Assembly (NCBI RefSeq): GCF_964204645.1
Contig: NC_134031.1
Span: 6,696,001 to 6,760,000, forward strand
DNA length: 64,000 nt
Reading direction: 5' to 3'
From: Tubulanus polymorphus
Lineage: Eukaryota > Animalia > Nemertea
Shown here: positions 1 to 12,410 of the stretch, one piece after another
How the letters are laid out: each line of letters begins with the position of its first letter
How positions within the stretch are numbered: the first letter of the stretch is position 1
Made by a program: the position numbers and the translations under genes
Notes under the pieces: generated by a model
The model's input: the letters and a program-made list of their open reading frames with translations, nothing else
Told to the model about the DNA's origin: nothing
Databases searched by the model: none

Positions 1-464
1 ACTGTTTCTTCATTATCTGGTAACGTTTTCCCATATTTTATTTTTTCTAATAAATTATTTTTTCTTTCATTGAATTCAGTTTCAAATTTATTAGAAATTT
101 TATCTATATGTACTTTACGAAATTGATGATTCTCCCAATCTTCTATATTTTCGGGGTTATATTTTATTCGACAAGGCTCACAGAAATGATCTTTTATATT
201 ATCCTTATCATAGAATAAGAAAGGTCTTTTCCAAATAATTTCAGGTTCAACTTCAACAGAATTACTATCAACATTAGCCGTTGCACCATTAATTCTACAC
301 TTCTCTGAATGTTTTTTAACATAATTTCTTGAGAATAATTTATTACATTTTAGACAGTTTAGTTTAGGGGGTTTATAATTTTCTTCATGTTTTTTCATAT
401 GTCGAGCCATATTACTTTTACTTTGAAGTTCACCACAAATTTCGCATGCTATCTTCACTTCCAT
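1..464 (-). CDS. N-terminus of a C2H2 zinc-finger protein, possibly the element's protein-primed DNA polymerase B; runs off the window
   Basis: Manual translation MEVKIACEICGELQSKSNMARHMKKH...CLKCNKLFSRNYVKKHSEKC...FCEPC...HQFRKVH, open to base 1, with a TAAATG start. The pPolB identity is inferred from context only. Confidence 0.55.
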   Translation of the reverse strand, partial: MEVKIACEICGELQSKSNMARHMKKHEENYKPPKLNCLKCNKLFSRNYVKKHSEKCRINGATANVDSNSVEVEPEIIWKRPFLFYDKDNIKDHFCEPCRIKYNPENIEDWENHQFRKVHIDKISNKFETEFNERKNNLLEKIKYGKTLPDNEET

Positions 465-532
465 TTATTAAGGAAAAATTTTATTAAAATTAATTTTTAG
501 TGATGAGCGGTAATTTTTTTATGTTATAAATA

Positions 533-1291
533 ATGGTAGAATTAAAAGAATACAGAATATTTGTTGATTCTAGAAAACTTACAAATTATAAATCTCATAA
601 TTTACTAGTACAATTAGATAGAGAATTTAAGAATTGTGTTGATTTAAAATTAGTAAATGTAAGTTTATGTAATTCTTTTTATAATATATCGGATAAAACT
701 ATTGAACATAGAGCCTTTTTAATTTTTGATAAAAATAAAGATGAATGGTCCTATATATATTTAAAACCGGGGTTATATAATTTAGATACATTAGTACAAG
801 AAATTAATAGAAAAGCCTGGCACAAATTAGGTAGTAGTTCTGGGTTTGGTATTAGATTTTTAAAAAGTGAAAGTTCTGTTAGAATAAAGATAAGGTTGTC
901 TAATAGTGAAAAACATAAATTTATGGTAAAAAAACCTATAGCTAAACTGTTAGGAATTCTTCCAGATAGATCTTTTACAAATATTGATGCTACACCAAAC
1001 TTAATACCTTACACACATTTCTATATTTATTGCAATTTAATCGATCCTACAAAAACATTCGAAGCAACTAAAGATATAACTTGTAATTCTGGTTTATTAA
1101 ACATTTTACCATTGAAGAATGTTAAAGAATTTGGAATGCAAATAAATTATAATTTAACAGAATGTGATTTCAAACCATGCATTCCTCGTTTTAATAATTT
1201 TAGATTAGAAATTAGAAATCATAATGGATACTTAATTGATTTAAATAATTTCCCTGTAATTTATGAATTAGTTATAAGATGTAAAGAGTAA
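533..1291 (+). CDS. Putative minor capsid (penton, single jelly-roll) protein
   Basis: 252 aa, beta-rich. The C-terminal pattern YIYCNLID...LLNILP...FRLEIRNHNGYLIDLNNFPVIYEL resembles Polinton minor capsid proteins. Confidence 0.7.
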   Translation: MVELKEYRIFVDSRKLTNYKSHNLLVQLDREFKNCVDLKLVNVSLCNSFYNISDKTIEHRAFLIFDKNKDEWSYIYLKPGLYNLDTLVQEINRKAWHKLGSSSGFGIRFLKSESSVRIKIRLSNSEKHKFMVKKPIAKLLGILPDRSFTNIDATPNLIPYTHFYIYCNLIDPTKTFEATKDITCNSGLLNILPLKNVKEFGMQINYNLTECDFKPCIPRFNNFRLEIRNHNGYLIDLNNFPVIYELVIRCKE

Positions 1292-1307
1292 TTTTTTCAC
1301 TATATAA

Positions 1308-1649
1308 ATGAATATAACTGTTGGACCGAGTATATGTTTTGGGTTTGATTTTAAACATGGTAAAGAAATGAGAATTAAACTAAATGATGTAATTACTGAT
1401 ATAAAAAGTAAATCATTTAACAATGCATCAATGATTGATAAAGAAAATTATAATATAGAAAAAGTAATTGATTTAATTAAATCACCTTTAGAATATTATG
1501 AATTAAATGAAGATGGAATTATTGATGATATCAAAAACATATTATCCAAAATATATGATAATCATAAAACTAGTAATGAAATAAATGTTGAAATAATCAT
1601 CACTAAGATAACAAAATATTTTGATGATAGTAATTTTTTTGATAAATAA
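1308..1649 (+). CDS. Hypothetical viral protein
   Basis: 113-aa ORF with a TATATAAATG start, abutting the next ORF. Confidence 0.55.
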   Translation: MNITVGPSICFGFDFKHGKEMRIKLNDVITDIKSKSFNNASMIDKENYNIEKVIDLIKSPLEYYELNEDGIIDDIKNILSKIYDNHKTSNEINVEIIITKITKYFDDSNFFDK

Positions 1650-1871
1650 ATGAGTGATAATAAGTGGATAATAACTGGATTATATAATGGCGCATTATTA
1701 TCAGTTGGAACTGTTGGTTATTCAATGGTATTAAAAAAAGTATTTAAAATGGGAAGTGTTAATGTTGATAGATTTGATATAAATGATATTTTAAAGTTAA
1801 CATTAGCAGTTACTTTATCTAATTTAACTATTGATTATTTGGAAAAACAGAAATATATTCCTCCCATATAA
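1650..1871 (+). CDS. Small hydrophobic (membrane-associated) viral protein
   Basis: 73 aa with two hydrophobic segments, C-terminal DYLEKQKYIP and a TAAATG start. Confidence 0.65.
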   Translation: MSDNKWIITGLYNGALLSVGTVGYSMVLKKVFKMGSVNVDRFDINDILKLTLAVTLSNLTIDYLEKQKYIPPI

Positions 1872-1896
1872 ATGCATAATTTTTTTTGCTAAATAA

Positions 1897-2320
1897 ATGG
1901 CTTCTGCAATTATAACTATTATAGGATCGGCAATTGTTAACGCTTTAGCATTTACTGGTGGTGGTTATTTATTTAAACATATTGAAAAAAAATAGTTCAT
2001 TAGGAGAACAAAGAAGACATAACTTAGCGTTAGAGAAATACAATAAAGCTGCAGAAGAATATAGAGAAAAGAGACAAAACTATATGGATTACATCAATAA
2101 AGAATTATATGATCAGAAGATTTCACATAGAGATTTTCAATCAGTTGATGATGCAATGAGTTTATATAACGCAGTAACAAATAAAGAAAAATTACATCTA
2201 TACAAACCTAAATTATCAGATTATTATACCCCAAGTAAAGAACAACAGAAATATGAAATAATATGGATTTTAGGTGGAACTGTTATTGTTATATTTGTTG
2301 CTTATAAGTTTACTAATTAG
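1897..2320 (+). pseudogene. Viral membrane protein, frameshifted in an A-run near 1985-1992
   Basis: True start is TAAATG at 1897 (MASAIITIIGSAIVNALAFTGGGYLF). It continues in the 1958-2320 frame (EQRRHNLALEKY... and a C-terminal TM segment). Confidence 0.7.
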
Positions 2321-2339
2321 TAATTTTTATTCTAAATAA

Positions 2340-2773
2340 ATGGAAGATAAAGTTGATAGTATTGATATTATTCCTCATGATATAAATAAAACTAAATTAA
2401 AAACATATTTAGAAAAACAAATATTAGAATTTGAAAGTGACTTAAAGATAAAAAAAAAAAATATTTAAAAAGTAAAATTATATATTATTTGATTATAAGT
2501 GGTTCGGTTACAATTAGTTCTGTAGTAACATTTCTAGCAATATTCAGCCCATTAACACCTTTAGCTATATCAATTGGTGTATTAGGATTAAGTTCAAGTG
2601 TTTTAACCGGTATAAGTTCAAAATTAAATATAAAAAGTAATAAAGAAAAAATTAAAACTAATATAAAAGAAATTGATAAATTAAAGAACACACTAGATTA
2701 TATAATAAGTTTAAATGGCCATATAACAGTTGAAGAACAAGATAAATTATTAAAAGAATTAGTTAATTATTAA
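2340..2773 (+). pseudogene. Viral hydrophobic-hairpin/coiled-coil protein, frameshifted in an A-run at 2450-2461
   Basis: TAAATG start at 2340 (MEDKVDSIDIIPHD...) joins the 2489-2773 frame, which has a long hydrophobic segment. Confidence 0.6.
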
Positions 2774-2789
2774 TTTTTTAATTATATAA

Positions 2790-4178
2790 ATGGTAGATAG
2801 TTTTCCAAAAGCTTTCCAATATAATAAATCAATTAAATATAATATTCCAGCAATAGATTTTAATAAAGATATTACATATAGAAATGAAGTTTTAGATTCA
2901 TTAACTAATTTAGAAATTTATGTTACTGAAACTAATAATTTTAATGCAAAGATGGAAAATATATTTCATGTATATTTAATTAATTTTAAAAAATTGAAAG
3001 ATGAAAAACAATGGTTATTAAAATCTAATATGAAGTATTGGCAGAATCAATTAAATTTTGCTGTTTATTGTGCAACAACAGGATGTGGAATTAGTTGGAA
3101 TGATCATTTGAATAATTCTAAATATAAACTAATTCAAAGTTTATTTAGATTTCATACATACTTTCAAATCAGAATAATATTAAATGAATTAGAGTGCGCT
3201 TTACCAGGATCTAGGTATTTCAAAGAATTAGATAATAATATTAATTTATCTAAGTTTTATAAAATTTGCAATGAATTTAATATAGATATAAATAATTCTG
3301 ATTTTAGAACAAAAATTGGAACAATAAGATCACTTCCTTGCCCTGAAAAGATTGCAGAATATTGTGCACTTCCCATACCATCTAATAGTTTTTATAATAT
3401 CTATAATAATAAATTAGGTTATGGTAAAATAGAAACAAAGGATTTAGAAACATTAAATTTCAATAAATTACCGAAATTTTATGATAATTTAAAACAAGAA
3501 AACAATAATGGTTGGGTTTATTTTATTTTAGAAAATAGTGAAGGTTTTACTAAATCAGGTATAGAAAGAATAAATCAATCTATTAGAACTTATTTGATTT
3601 GTATTTTAGGTGCGCAAGTTGAAACAAGATCACCGATAATTGGAAATTTGAATACATCATTCGATACACAAAAACAATTTAAAGTATTATTTGAAGATTC
3701 AATTCATAATGATAAAAATAGATCGATTCCAGAAAACATTATAAGATATCAAAATTATTTAGATAAATCTCATGTAAGACTTAATTATTGTATAGGCCCT
3801 AATCTATTAATTATTTCTAATGATTTAGTATTAAAGATGGGAAATATAATTGGTTATAATAATCTAATTAAAACTGCAACAATAAATAATTCATTTGGAT
3901 TAAATGATATAAATAAAAAGATTATCACTGCTCCAAAATTAATGGAAGGTGAAAAAAATAAAAAACATATTCAATCAACTGAAACTAAAACTAAGAATAT
4001 TAAATTGGATAATGATTCCAAAATAAAAGATTACAATACATCAGAAAATAATAGAACTGATATTATTCAACATGATATAATTAAACTAAATGATGATAAT
4101 AAATCCCATGAAAATACTAAATTAGCTATAACTTGTATAGGAATTGTAATCGGAGGAATATTATATTTTAAATTTTAA
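2790..4178 (+). CDS. Polinton-associated protein of unknown function with C-terminal TM anchor
   Basis: 462-aa intact ORF with WQNQLNFAVYCATTGCGISW...FRFHTYFQ, a hydrophobic C-terminus and a TAAATG start. Confidence 0.7.
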   Translation: MVDSFPKAFQYNKSIKYNIPAIDFNKDITYRNEVLDSLTNLEIYVTETNNFNAKMENIFHVYLINFKKLKDEKQWLLKSNMKYWQNQLNFAVYCATTGCGISWNDHLNNSKYKLIQSLFRFHTYFQIRIILNELECALPGSRYFKELDNNINLSKFYKICNEFNIDINNSDFRTKIGTIRSLPCPEKIAEYCALPIPSNSFYNIYNNKLGYGKIETKDLETLNFNKLPKFYDNLKQENNNGWVYFILENSEGFTKSGIERINQSIRTYLICILGAQVETRSPIIGNLNTSFDTQKQFKVLFEDSIHNDKNRSIPENIIRYQNYLDKSHVRLNYCIGPNLLIISNDLVLKMGNIIGYNNLIKTATINNSFGLNDINKKIITAPKLMEGEKNKKHIQSTETKTKNIKLDNDSKIKDYNTSENNRTDIIQHDIIKLNDDNKSHENTKLAITCIGIVIGGILYFKF

Positions 4179-4194
4179 TTTTTTTATGATATAA

Positions 4195-5634
4195 ATGGAT
4201 GTAGAAGGTGGAGAAGATATTGGAATGGATAATTTTGATGAACCTGGTATAACTGATGAACAACCAACTGATTTTGATGAAACAAGTTTCAGTAACGAAA
4301 ATGAAACAGCATATAATTCTAATTTAGCAAGACCTGATACTAATGAATATGTTAATAAAGCACGTTCAAGATTGGACATTGAAAATGAAAATTCAGATTT
4401 AATGAAAAAAGAACTAGAATATGACGAATTAACTGATAAATTCAAACCAATATTAGAAAAATCTGGATTCAATATAACAAATAAAGGTGTGAATTATTTA
4501 GTAAAAGATTTGAAATATTTAAATGGTGATTATTATTGGCATTTGAAAGATGACTATTATTTTAAAATATCTTCTAATAAAAGTCTCGATAAAATAATAA
4601 CAAAACCAACTTTAATTAAATTAGAACAATCTAGAATTAAGAAAATCAACAATGATGTTATAACTGATGTTACAGAACAAGAGATAAATCAAAATAGAAG
4701 AGAATTTAATCGAAGAAATAATGATTTTTTGAAGATAATTAGTGAAAATTTAGAACCAGAAACAATTCCTAAAGAAGATATAACTTCCAAAACTAGTAAA
4801 CTTAAATCAAATAAAGTTCAAACTGAAAAACTTTTACCGAAGGGATTACTTGATGCAACAAAACAAGAATTAGAAGATTTAGATATATTTTCTGGTAAAG
4901 CAATAAGAGAAATTGAAAGTATAAGACATGCATCTGATAAAATTGCGCATGAAAAAGAAATAAGAGATATTAAAATTAGATTTTTAGAAAAAGAATTAAC
5001 TGATAAAAATAAAGAAATAGAACAATTAAAGTCTGATTTAGATCATCAAGTAATTGATGAAATAGAATATAAACAAAAAGAATTACGTTTAGAAAAAGAA
5101 ATAGATGATTTAAAATATAACAAAGAATTACAAAAAGAAGAAAGAGATACATTATTAAAATCATATGATTATAATATTAATAGATTAAAAGTTATTTTTA
5201 AAGATTTGTTGATTAAACCAAATTCTGAAATATCATTAAAAGACAGAATAAGATTATTATTTAAATTAGAAGGAATAACAATTCTTTCAATTCTAACAGC
5301 TGTAACTATGTTATTTACAACAATTGGTTTAGCAATATCAAATGCTTTGAAATCTACTCCCACTCCCAATAAACCAGATAAACCTCCAGGTAATAATTCT
5401 ATACAAGATAAAGTTAAAGATTGTTTAAAGAAATTAGCAAAATATTTATGGGAACTATCTAAAAAATCTGCTGCAGCATTGCCAGGAGTTATTGCTTCAA
5501 TTGTTGGTTTTATATTGAAATCTGCAGGAAACATTATTAACTTTGCTGCTGAACATATTATTTTATTTTTAATTACAGTTGTAAGTGCTATTATTTTTGG
5601 TTTAGTAAATATGATATCAAAAAATATCAAGTAA
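4195..5634 (+). CDS. Acidic N-terminus / coiled-coil / multi-TM viral protein
   Basis: 479 aa: acidic start, heptad-rich middle, hydrophobic helices (GITILSILTAVTMLFTTIG; ALPGVIASIVGFIL; ILFLITVVSAIIFG). Confidence 0.7.
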   Translation: MDVEGGEDIGMDNFDEPGITDEQPTDFDETSFSNENETAYNSNLARPDTNEYVNKARSRLDIENENSDLMKKELEYDELTDKFKPILEKSGFNITNKGVNYLVKDLKYLNGDYYWHLKDDYYFKISSNKSLDKIITKPTLIKLEQSRIKKINNDVITDVTEQEINQNRREFNRRNNDFLKIISENLEPETIPKEDITSKTSKLKSNKVQTEKLLPKGLLDATKQELEDLDIFSGKAIREIESIRHASDKIAHEKEIRDIKIRFLEKELTDKNKEIEQLKSDLDHQVIDEIEYKQKELRLEKEIDDLKYNKELQKEERDTLLKSYDYNINRLKVIFKDLLIKPNSEISLKDRIRLLFKLEGITILSILTAVTMLFTTIGLAISNALKSTPTPNKPDKPPGNNSIQDKVKDCLKKLAKYLWELSKKSAAALPGVIASIVGFILKSAGNIINFAAEHIILFLITVVSAIIFGLVNMISKNIK

Positions 5635-5701
5635 ACATGATATCAAAAAATATCAAGTAAACCATAATCAAAAATAAATAATTAATTTTTTTGTTAAATA
5701 A

Positions 5702-6936
5702 ATGAGTGGGAGTTATATAAGTCCTTCTAAGATTTCAAGAAAATCTAATGCTATTAAAGCAGAAAGATCTCATCATATAATTACTCATAACCCTTCTAAT
5801 ATTAATCCCGATGAAACTTTATATGTTAGAATTCCTAGATTAACACAAAATACTTTTTATGTTCCAAACAGTATTTATTTATCAGCTGATATAAAAGTTA
5901 CTGGCCATGATAACAATTATGTTGTTGATAATGTTGGAAGATATTTGATTAAAAAGTTAACAATAAAGATTGGTCCAGAAACAGTTTTCTCATTAGATGA
6001 TTATAATTTATTTATTTATTATAAAGATTTATGGTTAACTAAAGAAAATAGAAATAATATGATATTTCAGGGTATTCAATCAGAAAACCAAAATAAATTA
6101 AGATCTGAAGCCAATAACGCAGTAGTAAATAATGGTGTAGATAATTTGATTAAAAAGATTTATGGAAGCAAATATAAAATTCCATTAGACTTTGAATTAA
6201 TAAATAATAATGCACCTTTATATAAATACGCAATTCAAGAAGATATTATATTTGAGATAACATTTGCTCCTGTAAATGAAATTGTATTATCTAGCGTTGT
6301 TAAAGATATGGGTTATAAATTATCGAATATATGTTTAGAATATAACACAGTAACTAATGAAAATATTGCTAGCACAATTCAAACAATCAATACAATCAAG
6401 GATTTTCATTATTATATGATTATATTGATAAATTTAAAACTGTAACTATTAATGCAAATGATGAAATAATTAATGAGAATATTAACTTTCCTAGAAGATC
6501 TATTAAAGGTATATTAATATTTTTTACTATTGCAACATATTCTAATGGTGCAATAAATGTTGATAATTATTATAATCCTGAAATAACAAAAGTAGAAATA
6601 ACTATCGAAGGAATAGCGAATGAAATATTTTGTCAAGGAATGAGAATGATTGATCAATGGCCAGAAATTAGAAAACATTTTATGAATGAAAAAGTAAAAT
6701 CATTTGAAAATTGTAACATTAATCAAATTGATTATTATACCGGTAATAAATATGCATTATGGTTAGATTTTAGAACAACAGAAGATAATTCATTACATGG
6801 TTCTGGAAAAAAACTACAAAAAACTAAAGATGGAATACAATTATTCATAACAAAGAATAAAGGAATCAAAAATTTTAAAATGCACATTTATATTATATCT
6901 GACGCGCAATTAAATATTGTAAATTCACAATTAGAA
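5702..6936 (+). pseudogene. Major capsid protein (double jelly-roll); frameshift near 6381; last codons displaced to 10624-10638 by the LINE
   Basis: ERSHHIITHNPS..ETLYVRIP, then a shifted frame NQYNQGFSLLYDY..NINFPRRSIKGIL..YALWLDFRT..DAQLNIVNSQL. The remaining SIQY* (AGTATTCAATATTAG) lies immediately after the LINE tail. Confidence 0.8.
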
Positions 6937-6937
6937 T

Positions 6938-9900
6938 TTACTAAATCATGATGGCAAAGATTCACCTCTCAGTTTTTTTCATGCGAATGTACGAAGTGCA
7001 AATAAAAATTTTGATTCATTTTCCGATTATCTCCAAACTTTGAACTATAATTTTTCAATTGTCGGTTTGTCAGAAACATGGACTGATGACAATTGTCAAA
7101 ATGATTCATTGTATCATTTGCCGAATTATTCGAGTTTATTCCGCAGTAGAAACGATAAAGGAGGTGGCGGAGTTGCGCTTTTGATTAAAAATTCTATAAA
7201 TTTTAAGATCAGAGATGATCTCTCCTTAGCTGAATCTTTGTTTATAGAAGTCCCTCTTAAACCGAAAAGCATTATCGTCGGAGTTATTTATCGTGCTCCT
7301 GATAGTGATATAGCTAATTTCATCAAAGAATTTCAGTCATTTACTGAACGCGTAAATAAAGAGAAATTAGATGTTTTAATTTTGGGGGATTATAACATTG
7401 ATTTCGGAAATTACGGTGCGAGTGGTCAGTGTGACGCTTTTATGGATGAGGCTATTTCCAATTCATTTATGCCATTAATTAACCCTTTCGCTGCGTACAC
7501 GCTTGCACCGCCCCCTACGTAAGGTATTTTCCGAAAAATTCGATTTTTTTCAAGTTGTTTTTAACCCCGATTTTTCGCGTTTTTATCGAAGATTATGATG
7601 TTATTTAGTGAAAATCAGTAAAAAATCATACCAACAGCCTTTTCTGTAGGGGGGGGCGTGTTGGGGGGGGGGGGGGGTCAGGATGGGTTAAAAATTTTTT
7701 TTTTTCAGTTTTTCACCCAAGTGCCTATCTCAGTCTTTGGTGATTGATGCTACGGTGTGGATGAAAGAAATTCAATTGATATGGGATATCCTTTTCCGCT
7801 GGTAGAGGTACGTAAGTGGTGAGCCATCTCAATCCCGCGCAAATTACCATGTGCTCAACAGGCTGACAGCACCAACTACTGACGCATTTTCGCCATCTGT
7901 TGTTTAGAAAGCTAACTATCTTGTCTTACATGCGTTTCCATACTGTTTGCTGTGTACGCGTTCGAGTTATAAATCAATAGGTGCATGACGTTTCTACAAC
8001 GTCATACGCACAGCAAGTGTCACTCATATGACGTTTCCAAAACGTCACACGTAGCGAAAGGGTTAATATCCCTACTCGTGTCACTGACCACTCGTCAACC
8101 GTAATTGACAATATTTTGGTAAACTTTTTTGATAATTACAGTTTTACTAGCGGTGTATTTTTGGCGGACATAACTGACCATTATCCTATTTATACTTTTG
8201 TTCACGGTTTGTACGAGTCTCATGATACTAAACTACCGCGGATTAAAATCCGAAATATTAATCCTCGGACCACGGAACGCTTCACGCGCTGTTTATTATC
8301 ATGCGACTGGCAAAATGTGTATAATAGCAATGACCCAGAAGTCTCATGTAAGGAGTTCTATAACATTGTTGATTATTATTTTGAAATCTGTTTCCCTTTT
8401 AAGTATGTAACTCCTGGCGTGGAGAAAAATGATAAACCGTGGTTAACCTGTGGTATTCGACGTTCTATCAAACAGAAAGAAAAACTGTATAAAAAATATT
8501 TACGTAAAAAAACCCAGGAATGTAAGGATAAATATTGTACTTATCGAAGCTCAATTCGATTTTAAAGAAATGTAAGCAAATGTATTATAAGAATGTATTC
8601 GCCTCCTGCAAATCAGATCCTAAAGAAACATGGAAACAGGTTAATAACTTACTCAATAAACAGAAACGCGATAAACCCCATTCTCAATTTGTATATAAAG
8701 ACAAAGTAATCTCAACAGATTATGATATAGCCAGTGGTTTTAACGACTATTTTGTTAATATTGCCGGCTCCTTAGAATCAAAAATACCGCCTTCCGATAA
8801 ACATTTTAAAGATTTTCTAGAGGAACGAAATCATATAAACTTTTTTCTGTCACCGACGACACCCAATGAAATTGAATTAATTGTGCATGGCTTTAAAAAT
8901 AAACTATCCAGTGGTTGTGATCAAATCAGCACTAAACTATTGAAATCAATAATTCAAGTTATTTCACAACCCCTTTGTCATATTTTTAATAATAGCTTTC
9001 TTACGGGTATTGTTCCTAGCATATTTAAGATCGCTCACGTAACACCTATTTTTAAAAGTGGCGATAAATCGCAGTTCAATAACTATCGACCTATTTCTGT
9101 CCTTCCCGCTATATCTAAGATAATAGAGAAACTCGTTTATAATAGACTCCAGGCATTCCTTGAAAATTTCAATATTCTATCAGATCGTCAATTTGGTTTC
9201 AGGAAAAATAGATCCACTGCCTCAGCCTTAGCATTTATTACGGATAAGATAACTGATTATCTTGAAAATGGCAAAGTCACGATTGGTGTCTTCGTTGATT
9301 TGTCAAAGGCTTTTGACACAATCAATCATAATATTTTAATTTCAAAATTGGAAAATTATGGAATTCGTGGGCCCCCTCTACAATGGTTTCGAAATTACCT
9401 AGAAGACCGTAAACAATGTGTTAAATATAATAACTCCTTATCTCCAACTAGAAATATAACTTTCGGAGTTCCTCAAGGCTCAATCCTAGGTCCTTTGCTT
9501 TTTCTTGTATATATCAATGATTGCCCCTCTTCTTGTAAACTCCTAGAGTCAATTTTTTTCGCTGATGATAGTAATTTTTTCATCAGCGATAAGGACCCCA
9601 AGAAACTAGAGCAAGTTTTAAATTCTCAGCTGGAGAAACTACTTCAGTGGTTTCGAGCAAATAGGCTCTCTGTGAACGCTATTAAAACTCATTTTATTGT
9701 CTTTGGTTATAAGTGTCTAGGTCAAATTAATCTTTTTTTCGATGGACAAAGAGTTTCGCGTGTAGATAGTACTAAATTCTTAGGTGTAATTTTTGACCAG
9801 AGACTGACATGGCGGGACCATATTCAATACATCTCTCGAAAGGTTTCCCGGGGAATTGGAATCATCAATAGGCTTAAACATGTTCTTCCTTTTGGTGTTC

Positions 9901-10376
9901 TTAAAAATTCATATTATTGTTTTGTCAATCCACATCTTGCATATGCAACTTTAATCTGGGGTAATTCATGTAATATTTACTTGGAACCCTTATTTCGTCT
10001 CCAAAAGAAAGCAATTCGGATAATAACACATTCTTTTTGGCTAGCACATACAACTCCAATTTTCAAGAAATTAGAAATCTTAAAGCTACACGACATATAT
10101 CAATTTCAGCTGTGCAATTTTGTCTTTAGTCAAATTAATCAAAACTTACCATCAATTTTCAATGAATTTTACTGTTTTCTAAAATCCATGACAGGGCGAC
10201 CTTCTCGTCGCCCACTAAATTTAAAAGTGGAATATGCGAAATCTAACTTTAGAATGAAATCATTAAAAATCCAAGGTGCAAGATCCTGGAACTCCCTTCC
10301 CAGAAAACTCAAATCTTCGAAATCACGCCCTTTCTTTAAAAAATGCTTAACCAATTATTTGGTCGCAAAATACTAA
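6938..10376 (+). pseudogene. LINE ORF2 (APE endonuclease + reverse transcriptase), split by a MITE and one frameshift near 8545
   Basis: HANVRS, GLSETW, GGGVAL, LGDYNID, PTRVT..IDNI, TDHYPI, NYRPISVL, QFGFR, DLSKAFD, GVPQGSILGP, FADD. Confidence 0.92.
7483..8062. mobile_element. Non-autonomous piggyBac-type MITE
   Basis: TIRs CCCTTTCGCTGCGT / ACGTAGCGAAAGGG (13/14 match). TTAA at 7479-7482 and 8063-8066. Excision restores the EN frame FMPLINIPTRVTDHSS. Confidence 0.92.
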
Positions 10377-10668
10377 TGCCCGCAACGTGGCCGCCATTTA
10401 ATTGTTTATATATGTAAAGGGTGATTCTTGTAACGAATGTGCGTGTATGTGTAAGTGATGAGTGCATGTGAGTGTGATTGTTGACCGAGGGGTAAGGACT
10501 CGTATAAGTCAAATTTTGACTTCTCCTTACTCCTCGCACTATATATTGTTACTCTGAATATAATGTATATTGTGTCGATATTTTTTGTAACAATTTATTT
10601 TGCAAATAAATTCAAATTCAAATAGTATTCAATATTAGAAATATAAAGTTAAAATTAAGGATATATAA

Positions 10669-11796
10669 ATGGGTGGTAAAAAAACTCCTAATACTAAACA
10701 ACAATATTTAAGAAATTTATATTACAACCCTGAGAGTTCGGTTGCTTATTCTTCTACTAAAAATATATGGCGTAAAGTAAAACAAGATAAATTAGATAAG
10801 ATAATCCCACAAAATTTAGTTAAATATAAAGATATAAATGAATTTATGTTAGAACAACCAACGTATACAACACATAAAAAAATTGTTAGAAAATATAAAA
10901 CTCGTAAAACTATGGTAAGTTATGTAGATCAACAGTGGCAAGGAGATTTAATTGATATGAAAAATCTTAAAAAAGATAATAATGAATATTGGTGGATATT
11001 GAATATAATTGATATTTTTAGTCGTTATGTATGGAGCTTCCCACTTTATAGAAAAGATGCTGCACAAAAGTCACATTTTTTAAGAAAATTTCTTTCAGGT
11101 GGTAAACTAAAACCAGAAAAAATTCAATTTGATGATGGAAAAGAATTTGATAATTCATTAGTTCATGGTCTCTTAGATTTTCATAATATTAAATATTCTT
11201 CAACAAAATCGGATAAAAAAGCAGCAGTTGTTGAACGATTTAATAGAACATTAAGAACAAGAATGTGGAAATATTTTACAGCAAATAATACTTTTAAATG
11301 GATTGATGTTTTACCAAAATTTATAGAAGGATATAATAATTCTTATCATTCTTCTATTGGAATGAAACCTATTGATGCTAGAAAACCTGAAAATGCTTGA
11401 ATTGTTTGGAATAATTTATATGGAGCATTTCTTGTAGATGATTTTGGTGAACCTAAATTTAAAGTTGGTCAAAATGTTAGAATTTCTAAGTATAAAAAGA
11501 TATTTGATAAAGGATACGATCGAAATTTTACTAGAGAAATATATAAAATAAAAAAGGTAATAACAACAAAACCATATGACTATAAATTAGAAGATTTAGA
11601 TGGTGAAGAAATTGATGGCTACTTTTACGAAGAAGAATTAAGTTTAACTACTGAAAATCTAGAACAAGAATATAAAATTGAAAAAGTACTAAAAACAAAA
11701 ACTGTTAAAAGAAAAAAATATTCTTTAGTAAAATGGGTTGGATGGCCAGATAAATTCAATGAATGGATATTATCAAGTAAAATTAAAAATATATAA
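10669..11796 (+). pseudogene. Polinton rve integrase with C-terminal chromodomain; one in-frame TGA at 11398-11400
   Basis: WQGDLID, IDIFSRY, QFDDGKEF and VERFNRTL (DDE triad). The frame continues past the stop: PKFKVGQNVRIS...YKIEKVLK...SLVKWVGWPDKFNEWI. Confidence 0.9.
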
Positions 11797-12406
11797 ATGA
11801 ATAAGGAATTATTTATATTTGAGCCTCATAATATGTTAATTTCTGGTGTAACAAATTGTGGAAAAACTTATTTTATATTAAATTTATTAGAAACTGGTTA
11901 TGAAAACTATTTTGATAATATAGTATTATTTTGTCCAACATATGAATTTAATCAAACTTATAATAGAAATATTACTAGAAATAATAAATTTATTTATATT
12001 AGATCCTAAAACAGTAAAAGAAAATTTAGATAATTGTATAAAAATAGCAATTGATATTTATAAAGGATCAAATACATTATTCATTATAGATGATTGTGCT
12101 AATCTACATGATTCAAAAGTTAGAGAAAGTGAGTTATGTTATTTAGCTTTTTCTGGCAGACATTTTGGGATAACAACTTGGGTTTTAAATCAAAAATATA
12201 ATTCAATTGTTAAAGACTTTAGAGAAAACATTAGATTTCTAGTTTTATTCTACAATAAAGATAGAAAATCGATGAAAAATGCACTTGAGGAAAATGATAT
12301 TATTCCACATGATTTACATAATGAATATATGGATAAGTTGAAAAATATTAAAAGATCAAAATTACTATTTAGATTACAACACCCATTTAAATATGAATTT
12401 ATTTAA
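11797..12406 (+). pseudogene. A32/FtsK-like DNA packaging ATPase, frameshift near 12000
   Basis: Walker A SGVTNCGKT in the first frame. Walker B LFIIDD, GRH motif and Q..IVKDFREN in the second frame. Confidence 0.88.
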
Positions 12407-12410
12407 ATTC

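Larger units (their letters stand above)
6937..10623 (+). mobile_element. 5'-truncated CR1/L2-group LINE inserted in the end of the major capsid gene
   Basis: Abrupt GC shift, EN+RT ORF2, and a 3' UTR ending AATAAA(TTCAAA)2. No clear TSD. Confidence 0.9.

Noticed and set aside
4161-5630. Minus-strand ORFs opposite viral genes (also antisense ORFs over family exons and NUBPL)
   Set aside because: They are shadow frames of real coding sequence.
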